From positions 1-64,000 of the forward strand of contig CAYWJO010000001.1 of NCBI GenBank assembly GCA_964458565.1: a DNA stretch of 64,000 nt, in the 5' to 3' direction. The position numbers were made by a program, and so were the translations under genes. Shown here one piece after another: positions 1 to 9,779 of the stretch. Each line of letters begins with the position of its first letter. Positions within the stretch are counted from its first letter, which is position 1. Below the pieces are notes generated by a model. It saw nothing but the letters and a program-made list of their open reading frames with translations, was not told the origin of the DNA and did not search any database. The DNA comes from an uncultured archaeon. GTDB lineage: Archaea; Asgardarchaeota; Thorarchaeia; Thorarchaeales; Thorarchaeaceae.

Positions 1-46
1 GTTTTTTTGCCTCTTATTTACCCGATAAATTACTACGAGAGGATAT

Positions 47-2599
47 ATGATGAAACAGAGAATTATTGCATCACTATTGATTGCAGCGTTCGTTATTACA
101 ACCATCGGAGGAATCATTCCACTTGCTATACCTGTTACTCAAGACAGTAGTCTTGGTGCAACGAATAACCATTTTGAGGTAGCAGATGGAGAGATTGGGA
201 ACCTAATTGTTCCTGTCCTTGCTGATGAAGTTGTCACACAAACTTATCCAGATTCAAACTGGGTAGGTAATAATGCCCGTGGAGGTCTATGGGTTGGACA
301 CGAAACTACTGATGGGATTGCCAGAACGTGGCTCATGTTCAACTTATCGCACATTCCCAAGGAGATAGGATTTGTTCGAGCTACTCTAGTCAGTTATCTG
401 AACGATGAATGGAATACAACTCAGGATGCTCCAATTGGTGCATACTACGCTGAAAATGACACATGGACTGAAGAGAGTCTGACATGGAATAATCAACCCG
501 AATTCATGGAGCAGCCGCAGGACGTGATTTCTAGTCCTGAGGGAGCAGATATGTTTGTAATTGGGAATTGGTACCAGTGGGATGTCACTCAAGCTCTACG
601 GCACGCATTCCAGACTGACATGATACTCTCCCTTGTAATGAAGGATGAGAATGAAACAGCAGCATTTGAAACATGGGAGTACTTTATGGATGCAGATGTT
701 GATGACTTCTTAAAGACCTACATCTCAATCGAATATACCGTTCCCGGAATAGACGATATAACAGTGGATGGTATTTCATCTGCACCCTTGATTGATTATA
801 TCCAAAATGATAATCCACAAATCGCATGGGGACCAGATCTCAATGATGAAGGTGATTTCCAGCGGGATTACCAAGTAGAGGTATGGAATAACGAAACCTT
901 TGATGATACCTTAATGTTTGAGGACAGTCATGGAACCACATTCGAAGTAGCATCTGGTGGTGTTGGAGGTTCAAATTCACGACCATTCAACACGCATGAC
1001 GAAATGAGATATCAGATGAAGTGGCATGAAGATTACATTGGAGTGGGAGGTATTGTAGATAGATTGCAGTTCGAAGTTGGGTCCGAGCAGACATGTGTTT
1101 TTGAGGACTTGACTATCTACATGCTCAATATCCAAGATGATGGAAATCTGACAGCTGACTTTGATACAAACTATGAGTTTGGAGACCCAATTATAGTTCT
1201 GTCTAGAGAACTCTATGAGCCCGAATACACTGATGGCTGGGTTATTTTTGACATCGATAACGTATTTTCTGTTAGTAAGGATATGAATCTGTTAATCGAA
1301 ATTCGATTCAGAAATAATACTGGAGAGGGGTTACAGTCACCCGTTGATTATGACACCGGCGTGGGTTCAGTCGCATATACGTGGGGACCAGGTGCACTCA
1401 CTTCAACTGTAGCAGACATTGTCTACAACCGCGTACATGGACTTCGTTTGGACATTGCATCCACTGAAGTGTTCGAAACTACATCGATGATAGAAAATGA
1501 TTATCCATTTGGAGTTGATCCAGAGACTGAGGGCAGGTTCCAGATGCTCTACGACCAAACATTGATCAATGATGATGGGATAATTGATAGGTTGTACTTC
1601 AGAACTAGTAATCCGAACGGAACTGTAACATATCGGAATCTTCAGGTGTACTTACTGGAAACACCTGGTTTTGATTATATGTCACCAATCTTTGAGGAGA
1701 ACTATGCAGGTCTTGAACCAATGCTAGTACTCGAGGCTGAATCTTACACGGTAGCTAACTTAGGACAGCTGATGATGATAGACATTGACAATGTCTTCCA
1801 CTACTCAAACAATAATGATCTACTCATTGAGATGCGATGGGAAGCACTGGTTGATGGTTCTGCAGCGCTATATCGCACAGTGGGAGGTGGTGGCTATAGA
1901 GCGTGGAATGTAAGTTGGGGTGGTATAGTGGTTGGAAATGATACCAGAACGTACGAGATGTATCTCGATTTCATCCACAACATTCCTGCAGTGGTATATG
2001 ATGGTCTTCCACTTGCCAATAGCACAAGATATTGGATCAGAGCACGAGTGATGGACAGCACCGGTCAATGGACCTCTTGGAACACTCAGACCTTCAAGTA
2101 CGAAGTGTTGACAAGTGGTCCTAAATGGGAGAGTCCGGTCAATGACCCCAATCCCGCAACTGCAGGTAGTCCTGTCACAGTCTCAATCAATGTGACGCAT
2201 GTTACTGGTGTCGATTACGTATTAATCGAATTCGGTGGAACAAATCATACGATGAGCGCAGTTGGTGACACGTATTCGTACGAATGGTCACCTGCGTTAG
2301 ATGGAATCTTGAACTATACAATCTATATGTACAGTGAAATTGGAACTTCAAATACTGTAGAAGGTAGTTTCATAGTTAATCCACCACCAACAACTCCATC
2401 GGTAACAACTACAACATCTGCAACATCGACATCCGCAACATCGACATCCGCAACATCGACACCCACAACATCAACACCTACAACTACGAACACGACTGCA
2501 CCTCCACTTGGTGACTACACTACAATAATCATTATCATCATTGTAGCTGGTGGGGTTGTGCTGATAATCATCATCATTGTAATGAAGAAGCGAGGATGA
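47..2599 (+). CDS. Secreted, membrane-anchored surface protein (DNRLRE/disaggregatase-like domain, FN3-like domain, Thr/Ser linker, C-terminal TM + KKR)
   Basis: Signal peptide; 'RTWLMFNLS...WTEESLTWNNQP...WYQWDVT' resembles DNRLRE domains; hydrophobic C-terminus ending MKKRG; GAGG SD upstream. Confidence 0.75.
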   Translation: MMKQRIIASLLIAAFVITTIGGIIPLAIPVTQDSSLGATNNHFEVADGEIGNLIVPVLADEVVTQTYPDSNWVGNNARGGLWVGHETTDGIARTWLMFNLSHIPKEIGFVRATLVSYLNDEWNTTQDAPIGAYYAENDTWTEESLTWNNQPEFMEQPQDVISSPEGADMFVIGNWYQWDVTQALRHAFQTDMILSLVMKDENETAAFETWEYFMDADVDDFLKTYISIEYTVPGIDDITVDGISSAPLIDYIQNDNPQIAWGPDLNDEGDFQRDYQVEVWNNETFDDTLMFEDSHGTTFEVASGGVGGSNSRPFNTHDEMRYQMKWHEDYIGVGGIVDRLQFEVGSEQTCVFEDLTIYMLNIQDDGNLTADFDTNYEFGDPIIVLSRELYEPEYTDGWVIFDIDNVFSVSKDMNLLIEIRFRNNTGEGLQSPVDYDTGVGSVAYTWGPGALTSTVADIVYNRVHGLRLDIASTEVFETTSMIENDYPFGVDPETEGRFQMLYDQTLINDDGIIDRLYFRTSNPNGTVTYRNLQVYLLETPGFDYMSPIFEENYAGLEPMLVLEAESYTVANLGQLMMIDIDNVFHYSNNNDLLIEMRWEALVDGSAALYRTVGGGGYRAWNVSWGGIVVGNDTRTYEMYLDFIHNIPAVVYDGLPLANSTRYWIRARVMDSTGQWTSWNTQTFKYEVLTSGPKWESPVNDPNPATAGSPVTVSINVTHVTGVDYVLIEFGGTNHTMSAVGDTYSYEWSPALDGILNYTIYMYSEIGTSNTVEGSFIVNPPPTTPSVTTTTSATSTSATSTSATSTPTTSTPTTTNTTAPPLGDYTTIIIIIIVAGGVVLIIIIIVMKKRG
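2405..2479 (+). repeat. In-frame 15-bp tandem repeat (GCAACATCGACATCC), about 5 units, two perfect; encodes the ATSTS linker
   Basis: Units read directly at 2420, 2435 and 2450, with degenerate units at 2405 and 2465. Confidence 0.9.
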
Positions 2600-2612
2600 T
2601 GAATGAGATTAA

Positions 2613-2654
2613 AGTGTCAGTCTAGTGTGACTGACACTCTCTCTTTCTTTTTTT
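2613..2654 (+). terminator. Hairpin plus T-tract terminator
   Basis: AGTGTCAGTC/GACTGACACT 10-bp stem followed by a T-rich run, between convergent genes. Confidence 0.7.
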
Positions 2655-2670
2655 ATCAAAACAATAGAGT

Positions 2671-5574
2671 CTACTCTATAAATAGAGATACTCTTCCAGG
2701 TAGTGCGAATCGGGATTTGTTCTGAGGATCATAGTCCGGTTTCTCAGACGTATGTATAACAACTTCTAATCCAATTTCCGAAGATATGAATCCAGCAGAG
2801 TCATTTAGAACTTGTGTCTCATCTTTTGCAGATACGGAGTGATCCCATAGTCCATTCTCCTTTGATATTCGATCTACAATAGATTTGACATCTTTTCCAT
2901 GCTGTCGGAAATCTGGGTTGGACATCAGGTGCTTCATGATATCACCTACGACCAGTTGTAGGTTCGCATCCCTGATGCCATTCATGGCATCGAACATCCA
3001 TTGAGGTGCAACATAGACATGTACCTTTGTGGCCTTCTTGCCCTTCAGCAACTTCATGATTTCTCGAATGTCGTGTAGTGTAGCCTCAACAACCTCATAG
3101 GCCATCTCAACATCAGTATCAATGAGTTTCTTGTCAGCCTTAGGCCATTCAGCTAGTGAAACGTATCCTTCTCTCTTCATCTTAGACCATAACTCCTCAG
3201 CGGTATGAGGGGCCATAGGAGCCATTAATCGGACCCAGACATCACAGATGTAAGCCATCGTTCCTTCTCGTTCGTCCTTTGGAACCTCAGCTCTTCGTAG
3301 ATACTGGTTAATCGTTCGCGTCATCTCTGAGGTGGCATAGATAGCATAGTCACGCAGTTTTAGATTCTCAATGAAGTCAGTACAATTCTGGACAATCGTA
3401 TTTACTCTGGATAATACCCATCTTGTGGCAGTAGTTGGTTTATCCTTTTTACGATAGATATGTGGTGTCTTGATAGCAAATTTCTTCACAATCGCCATGA
3501 ACTGATTCAAACGGTTCCTAACTGCGGGAACATCCTTCTCTCTCCATTCCATCAGGGATCCAGGTTCAGCCGCTGAAATTGCATAGGTACGATAGACATC
3601 TGCACCGTACTTCTTGGGAATCTCTACCAATGGGATGACATCTCCTTTACTCTTTGACATCTTACCACTCCCCATTACTAGATGTTCATTCAGACTGATA
3701 CACTGTAGCCAGTATTTTTCGGGGAAGATAGCCACATGATGAAAGATAGCAAAGCTCAGGTGGTTCGAGATATGTGATGGGGCTGTGTGACGTTGGTCAT
3801 TAGGATACCAGTACATGAATTCATCATGCATTGTCTTCAATAGTCTTGCGTCAATTCCCGTTTTCTCTGTCACCTTCTTGAGTGTGCCCTTTCCCAAGAA
3901 GACGTAGTCATAGAATTCCAAAGTCAGACGCTCGGGCTTTATCTTATTGCCTGTTAGATGATGCGCGATTGTATAGAAAGCCATGTATATTGTTGAATCG
4001 GATAATGCTTCAATTATCCATTCAGGGTCAAATGGTAATTTAGTGCCGATACCTCGTTTTCTAGCACATGGTCTCTGTGTCAGCCAGTTGAATGTAGCTT
4101 CAAATAAGTTCCTAAACATTTCAGGTACAATTTCCATGTTATTCAGAGCTTTCCAAGCTTTGTCTTTCCAACCAGGGCTCATGTAGTCCAAAAACCATTG
4201 TCCAGCAAAGACTCCCACCTGTACATCAGTTCCGCATTTGCAGACAACAGGACGTGTGTCAGGTTCATAGAATACATCAGCTACATTCATTTTCTTCATC
4301 CATGAGACAACATCGTCTTTGACATCTTTGATAGACCGACCTGAAAACTGCATGCAGTTGTCTTTCATAACACCATCATAGAACTCGGCTTTGTATATCT
4401 CTTGAGTAGCATCCTCCAACTGCTCATCTTCTTTCTGAGATTTGATTCCCCTTCGCTCGACTGCATCCTTCGCAGGAAACTCACTGTAACCGTTCATGTC
4501 AATCATGCTGATAATCTCAATACTCCTGACATCCTCTGTGGAGAGCCCATACTGCTCTAGTCCAGATGGATTTTCCCACAGGTCGCGTAGAGCAATATAG
4601 TCAAATGGTGCATGACCAGGTACTGAGTAAACTACTCCAGTTGCATTCTCTGGATTTACAAACTCAGCTGGTAGAATGAGTATCTTGTGATCATCATGGA
4701 TGGCTCTGAAGTGCTTACCGATGATCTTTGAGCCTGGAAACGCCTCAATTATTTCAATTTCTTTGGCTTGCAACTTCAACTTCTCTGCAGCCTGCTTTGA
4801 GACCACCCACTTCTCTCCATCCACTTTTGCCCAGACATAGGTCGCACTGGGATTAATCCACATATTTGTTACACCGAATATGGTTTCGGGTCTCAATGTA
4901 GCAGCGACTAGATAGCCATTTTCGAAAGGCCATTTGATAGCAGTGAATTCCTTGATTTTAGCGGTTTCACCCTGTAGCAAGTCGTCCTCTCCAACTGGGT
5001 TGCCACAGTGTGGACAGTACAATAGTGGGTAATTACCCTGCTTGATGTATCCCTTTTCCATCAACTTGTGGTATTGCCACTCGATGAATTTATTGTATAT
5101 CTTATCACCAGTTGTGAATGCACGTCGCCAGTCTATGCTATATCCCAAGGCGTCAAAATCTTGGGAGATAACTTTAGCAAAGAAGGATGCTATGATCCAA
5201 GGATTAGTAAACTTCGCTAACTGCGCTTCAACCTCTTCTTCAGTATCAAAGTATAGTCGTAGGTCTCGTTTGTACTGGTCTATTGCTTTCTTATCACCTG
5301 CCTTGACACGTTCAAGCATTCCCAAGATAGGAGTACCCGTTACATGTGATGCCATCGGAAACAGGACATTGAATCCTTGCATTCGCTTGTATCGAGCTAT
5401 TAGGTCTGCTAGCGTGTAGGTTCGTCCGTGACCAATGTGCAGTGCCCCGTTTGGATATGGATAGGGGCTGGTGATATACCACTTCTTGCGTTTGGGATCA
5501 GGGTCGGCTTCGAAGACCTTGTCTTTCTTCCATCGCCTCTGCCATTTCTTCTCATACTTGGCAAATTCACTCAA
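2671..5574 (-). CDS. leuS: Leucine--tRNA ligase (archaeal/eukaryotic type)
   Basis: HIGH and KMSKS motifs, ATLRPET editing-domain motif, ALPGR C-terminus. Confidence 0.97.
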   Translation of the reverse strand: MSEFAKYEKKWQRRWKKDKVFEADPDPKRKKWYITSPYPYPNGALHIGHGRTYTLADLIARYKRMQGFNVLFPMASHVTGTPILGMLERVKAGDKKAIDQYKRDLRLYFDTEEEVEAQLAKFTNPWIIASFFAKVISQDFDALGYSIDWRRAFTTGDKIYNKFIEWQYHKLMEKGYIKQGNYPLLYCPHCGNPVGEDDLLQGETAKIKEFTAIKWPFENGYLVAATLRPETIFGVTNMWINPSATYVWAKVDGEKWVVSKQAAEKLKLQAKEIEIIEAFPGSKIIGKHFRAIHDDHKILILPAEFVNPENATGVVYSVPGHAPFDYIALRDLWENPSGLEQYGLSTEDVRSIEIISMIDMNGYSEFPAKDAVERRGIKSQKEDEQLEDATQEIYKAEFYDGVMKDNCMQFSGRSIKDVKDDVVSWMKKMNVADVFYEPDTRPVVCKCGTDVQVGVFAGQWFLDYMSPGWKDKAWKALNNMEIVPEMFRNLFEATFNWLTQRPCARKRGIGTKLPFDPEWIIEALSDSTIYMAFYTIAHHLTGNKIKPERLTLEFYDYVFLGKGTLKKVTEKTGIDARLLKTMHDEFMYWYPNDQRHTAPSHISNHLSFAIFHHVAIFPEKYWLQCISLNEHLVMGSGKMSKSKGDVIPLVEIPKKYGADVYRTYAISAAEPGSLMEWREKDVPAVRNRLNQFMAIVKKFAIKTPHIYRKKDKPTTATRWVLSRVNTIVQNCTDFIENLKLRDYAIYATSEMTRTINQYLRRAEVPKDEREGTMAYICDVWVRLMAPMAPHTAEELWSKMKREGYVSLAEWPKADKKLIDTDVEMAYEVVEATLHDIREIMKLLKGKKATKVHVYVAPQWMFDAMNGIRDANLQLVVGDIMKHLMSNPDFRQHGKDVKSIVDRISKENGLWDHSVSAKDETQVLNDSAGFISSEIGLEVVIHTSEKPDYDPQNKSRFALPGRVSLFIE

Positions 5575-5780
5575 TGTCTATGACCTCGACTGTATTTGTA
5601 GATGTGATTAACAAGCCAGAGATACTGTCCGCTATAAAGGACTCGCAAAAGCAATATGCGCTAGTTTTTGAGAACGCAATCCATCCTGGCTCACTTCCCA
5701 TCTGGTTTGAACATTATGCCTTATTAGAGCTATGGTTAAGAGAAGCTATCCATTTTCTATTTATTGGGATCACATTCTAA

Positions 5781-6560
5781 TTATATCTCAGCAGTTGTTT
5801 GTCCCTTCTTGAGACCAAAAAGCACTGAGCTTTGAATCAGGAGCTGACCAATTGCATAAGTCACTCCGACAAAAGCGGTTCCACTCATGAGAGAACTATC
5901 TCCGAGATATCTTATTCCAAGAACCCAATCGGATATGAAGAACAAAGAGAACCCAAGAATCAGAGCCACCTTGAAATAAAGAGGATATTCGTCAAACCAC
6001 TTTGTAATGGCGAATGCTAGAGCAGATACCAAGAGAATCCCATATCCGAAGGCACCAATACTTACTATTTGGTCACTAGGATTGTACACTGTCAATTGAA
6101 ATAGAATGATAACAATAATTATACTCACAATCCATACAATCAGATTGTTCCGTTTCAGACTACGATACTCCATTCTTGTATCAAACAGTAATGGCGAGGA
6201 TTTTTTTAGTGCAAGAAGATAGAAAACATGACCTATTGCAAAGTACAGTATACCGTTAATAAATGCAATATCTGTGGGGAGAAGGAATATACCAGGCATG
6301 GCAAAATCACCAAGAGACCCAAATATCATGGCTAAAAGTAAAAGCACTGAATATCTTCTCCAAGATACCATTCTCTCAGCATCTGAATATTGGACATACA
6401 GTAGATTCACTAAGGAGTATAAAATTAGAAGAAGAGATGCGGTTAGGAAGATATCAAGAGTCGTTCCCGCAGTCACCGTATGATAAGCAATTAGTGACAC
6501 GATAATAATAACCAGGATATATTGAAGATATCTAAGATATGTGCGACGAGTCATTCTCAC
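5781..6560 (-). CDS. YhhN/TMEM86 lysoplasmalogenase-like membrane protein
   Basis: Multi-TM; 'SLGD', 'FAIGH', 'FFISD', 'TYAIGQ' YhhN-type motifs. Confidence 0.75.
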   Translation of the reverse strand: MRMTRRTYLRYLQYILVIIIVSLIAYHTVTAGTTLDIFLTASLLLILYSLVNLLYVQYSDAERMVSWRRYSVLLLLAMIFGSLGDFAMPGIFLLPTDIAFINGILYFAIGHVFYLLALKKSSPLLFDTRMEYRSLKRNNLIVWIVSIIIVIILFQLTVYNPSDQIVSIGAFGYGILLVSALAFAITKWFDEYPLYFKVALILGFSLFFISDWVLGIRYLGDSSLMSGTAFVGVTYAIGQLLIQSSVLFGLKKGQTTAEI

Positions 6561-6635
6561 TCACCCATAATATCGAACTAAGTGATGTAAGAACTCAATC
6601 GTATCAATAAATCTGCCTAATCCAAAAGGTGGAGA

Positions 6636-7595
6636 TTATACAGCTGTCCAATAATAGAATATTTGCCTTTTTGTTTCTTCGAATCCAAAAGTTCTGTACA
6701 ATTTAAGAGCTGGTTCATTTGAGCTTGATACATCAAGTGTAACAATCTGAATTCCCTGTCGTTTCATTTCGTAGAGGCTATTACTTAGCAGACTATTACC
6801 TATACCTTTACCTCTATGAGAGGGAATTACTCCGATTGGACCGATGTAGGCATCATCCTTCTCAACACGTGCAATTGTGAATCCAACACACCTATCTTCG
6901 AATAAAACAGCATATGATGCTTGATCGACCATTGGTCGTGTCCTATTGAACCAATAATCGAATGCAACGATTTGTTGCTTATCAGTCATTGACAGAAAGA
7001 GATCGTCGTGACTCTGTGTAAAGGAATCAAAAAATGGCTTTCTGATAACCTCATTTCCAAGTTCTCCGATTGGTACAAGCAGGTAATTCGTTGGAAGTGG
7101 TACTTTTTCGAGCTCCAACGATTCAAGATTTGTATGCATTCCGATTTCTTCAGCAGCCCATCTGAAACTAGCATCGTCATACCATGAAGCGCACCTCTTC
7201 AACAATTCTGGATGGGATGCAGCATTGGTAAATTCAATTTCAAGCCGTTCTTTTCCTATCTCGACAATATGTTCCTTTGCTTTCTCTATAAGTAATCGCG
7301 CGATTTCATCTGCATGTTCATTCGGTGTTACATATGGATGCCAATTATCGATAAATGCAATTCTAGGGAAACCAAGATAGATACTGAGCCAACCATCAAT
7401 GGAATCCAATTCATTGTAGGAAATCAGGAATATAGTGTTACCAGCATCCTGTACGCTTTCTTTGATGAGTTGTTTCACTCCATCGATGCTTCTGGTTCCC
7501 TTGTGGAATGTAGTGGATTGGAGCCAATCAAATGCAATTCTTGCTAAAGCAGGAATATCGGATTCCCGAAGATATGTAGCTACGACTTGTTTCAT
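6636..7595 (-). CDS. Tandem GNAT-family acetyltransferase
   Basis: 'IGVIPSHRGKGIG' acetyl-CoA motif and 'NEPALKLYRTFGF'. Confidence 0.85.
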   Translation of the reverse strand: MKQVVATYLRESDIPALARIAFDWLQSTTFHKGTRSIDGVKQLIKESVQDAGNTIFLISYNELDSIDGWLSIYLGFPRIAFIDNWHPYVTPNEHADEIARLLIEKAKEHIVEIGKERLEIEFTNAASHPELLKRCASWYDDASFRWAAEEIGMHTNLESLELEKVPLPTNYLLVPIGELGNEVIRKPFFDSFTQSHDDLFLSMTDKQQIVAFDYWFNRTRPMVDQASYAVLFEDRCVGFTIARVEKDDAYIGPIGVIPSHRGKGIGNSLLSNSLYEMKRQGIQIVTLDVSSSNEPALKLYRTFGFEETKRQIFYYWTAV

Positions 7596-7698
7596 TTCAT
7601 AAAGCTCAACAACTTCGATTTTGTTTCTTTTATATAGCGAGCGGTTTGTGGTAAATCCATTTCAATACAGCCAAAAAGGGTACACATTTGGAGGGCAT

Positions 7699-8322
7699 AT
7701 GGATTCTTGGATGAAAACTGCAAATGATGAATTCAGAGATATTCATGAAAAACTTCGAAGTTACAATGAAGTTCTAAAATTTCTTCAGGTTGTTGAGAAA
7801 GAAATTGGGATACTGAGCTACTGTAATGGAGCCAATTCATCAGCACGTTGGATATTTCAGATTTTTAATAAAGAATTCATTGACTCAATCTCAAAATTAT
7901 TAGAAAAAGAAACCGGACTAATTCTGGAAGTAATGGCCGGCGATGGAAAACTAACCGAATTCCTACAACCCAGAATTGACACTGAGATAGTAGCCACAGA
8001 CACCAGGAGAGACTCACATGATATAGCATATCCCAAATGGGTCATTGAGTCAGATGCATTTCAAGCAGTACGCGATATCAATCCCTCAATTGTGATTCTA
8101 TGTTGGGAACCGCTATATTCAGATGTCAGCCTCAATATAGTGGACGAGGACATCCCACTCATTTGGATTGGAGATCCTAGAAAATGCGCACCAAACTCAG
8201 GTTTGTTGGATAGAAAACATATCAAATATAATTCCAGCTTTGCCTTAGGCCGATACGATAGCGTTATTGATCAATCATTTAACACTGATATTTACCTATT
8301 CAATTTTGAAAGAAACAATTAG
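7699..8322 (+). CDS. Class I SAM-dependent methyltransferase-like protein
   Basis: 'ILEVMAGDGKL' motif I; start moved to ATG 7699 after a GGAGG SD. Confidence 0.6.
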   Translation: MDSWMKTANDEFRDIHEKLRSYNEVLKFLQVVEKEIGILSYCNGANSSARWIFQIFNKEFIDSISKLLEKETGLILEVMAGDGKLTEFLQPRIDTEIVATDTRRDSHDIAYPKWVIESDAFQAVRDINPSIVILCWEPLYSDVSLNIVDEDIPLIWIGDPRKCAPNSGLLDRKHIKYNSSFALGRYDSVIDQSFNTDIYLFNFERNN

Positions 8323-8387
8323 TGTGTTACACTGTTTCTTATCATTCGGGTCAATAATTATCGCACTAGCAAGAGGAAGTTCAAAAA

Positions 8388-9317
8388 ATGGTGAAAGCAT
8401 CTGTAGAAGCCATTGATATTGACCCAAAAACTGGTACAACATTGGGTTTCTATACATTTGGAGAGGACCGTCCAAATATTCTGATACTATCAGCAATGGA
8501 TGGCACATCTGCCACATGCGTTTATGCTAGTTACCTCATAATGAAACTCTTTGACGACATTGATAGAATAGATGGGTCAATTACAGTCCTTCCGGTAGCA
8601 AATCCTCTTGCTTTTCGACTTGGTACGCCTATTTCCCCATTAGATTCAAAGGATCTTGATGCAATTTTTCCAGGTGACGAACATGGTACGGTTACTGAAA
8701 GAGTTGCGTGGGAGATTTGGCGGAGAGTTTCACAATCAGATTCCGTAATCCAACTGAAGACTTCTAAACAACAATGTGTAAGCCACATAACGGGAATGCA
8801 TCGCGACTTCATACATGTCAGGAATTTGGCGTCTCAGATTTCATTACCATTGGTGGTTCAAAGTTCAGGACATCGTGGAGCATTGATAACCGAAGCAGCG
8901 CATGAAGGAATTCCAGCTGTCAGGATAGAGATGAGAGGAGAACCTCAGGGGGTCGACTCCCAAGCGGCTGTTGAAGTTCGTGAAGCAATCTTAAATCTAT
9001 TCAGACTTAAGGACATGATTCCAGGAGAACGAATTGATACATCTTCAACTCACACAGGTAGATTTCAGTGTGTAAATGTGGATGAGGAGGGATTCTTCAC
9101 ACCCATTGCACGTTTAGGTGAGTTTGTTAAAACTGGTGACTTGATAGGCAGAATCCAAGATAAAACAGATGTGATAACACCATATGATGGAGCATTAATA
9201 TCACTCAGCCAAATGAGATACGTCTTTGATGGAGATATGATAGCTCGAATTGCACCTCCAATTGGAGGTGTTACTAAAAACGAAGAAGATGTAGCACAGC
9301 CAAGGAGGAAATGGTGA
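8388..9317 (+). CDS. Succinylglutamate desuccinylase/aspartoacylase (M14) family protein, Zn ligands degenerate
   Basis: 'LPVANPLAF', 'FPGD..GTVTER' and C-terminal barrel-sandwich segment; HxxE and DLH motifs absent. Confidence 0.75.
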   Translation: MVKASVEAIDIDPKTGTTLGFYTFGEDRPNILILSAMDGTSATCVYASYLIMKLFDDIDRIDGSITVLPVANPLAFRLGTPISPLDSKDLDAIFPGDEHGTVTERVAWEIWRRVSQSDSVIQLKTSKQQCVSHITGMHRDFIHVRNLASQISLPLVVQSSGHRGALITEAAHEGIPAVRIEMRGEPQGVDSQAAVEVREAILNLFRLKDMIPGERIDTSSTHTGRFQCVNVDEEGFFTPIARLGEFVKTGDLIGRIQDKTDVITPYDGALISLSQMRYVFDGDMIARIAPPIGGVTKNEEDVAQPRRKW

Positions 9318-9763
9318 ACATGAATTGTGACTGTGGATGCAAAGGTAAACTCATGTGTACAAATGTTGGAGACGACAAAATCAGAGAGAAAGGTCAATTG
9401 CTCTTGATTGGTACATGTATGGCTGATCGATATCCGGAGATAGTAGACGAATTTACACGATCAGGGGGAGGACGCGCTGTATTACATGTCTGTTTAGAGG
9501 AAACTCATGTCAATCAAGCAGGTTTCAAGATCGGGTCAATAGTCCGATACACTGGGATTAAGAAAGTCACGATTCTAACAGTGGATGGCAGTCCACATTG
9601 TGTACAACTTCATTATGTTATAGAGGACATAAAGAAACACTTCACATCAGATATTGAAACATTTCATTTCGTGGTGGAAAAGGGGCAAGTCCATGAGGTA
9701 TCAAGCACAGCTGTAAAGAAATCAAGGCATCTGTCCAAGATTCAAACTATGCTTGATAATTGA
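9311..9763 (+). CDS. Cys-rich putative Fe-S cluster-binding protein
   Basis: Spaced Cys in 'IGTC', 'VCLE', 'DGSPHC'; overlaps the upstream stop. Confidence 0.6.
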   Translation: MVNMNCDCGCKGKLMCTNVGDDKIREKGQLLLIGTCMADRYPEIVDEFTRSGGGRAVLHVCLEETHVNQAGFKIGSIVRYTGIKKVTILTVDGSPHCVQLHYVIEDIKKHFTSDIETFHFVVEKGQVHEVSSTAVKKSRHLSKIQTMLDN

Positions 9764-9779
9764 TTGTATTACTTGATTC

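Noticed and set aside
2405-2479. CRISPR-like repeat
   Set aside because: Contiguous 15-bp in-frame units without spacers that encode a Thr/Ser linker; no cas genes
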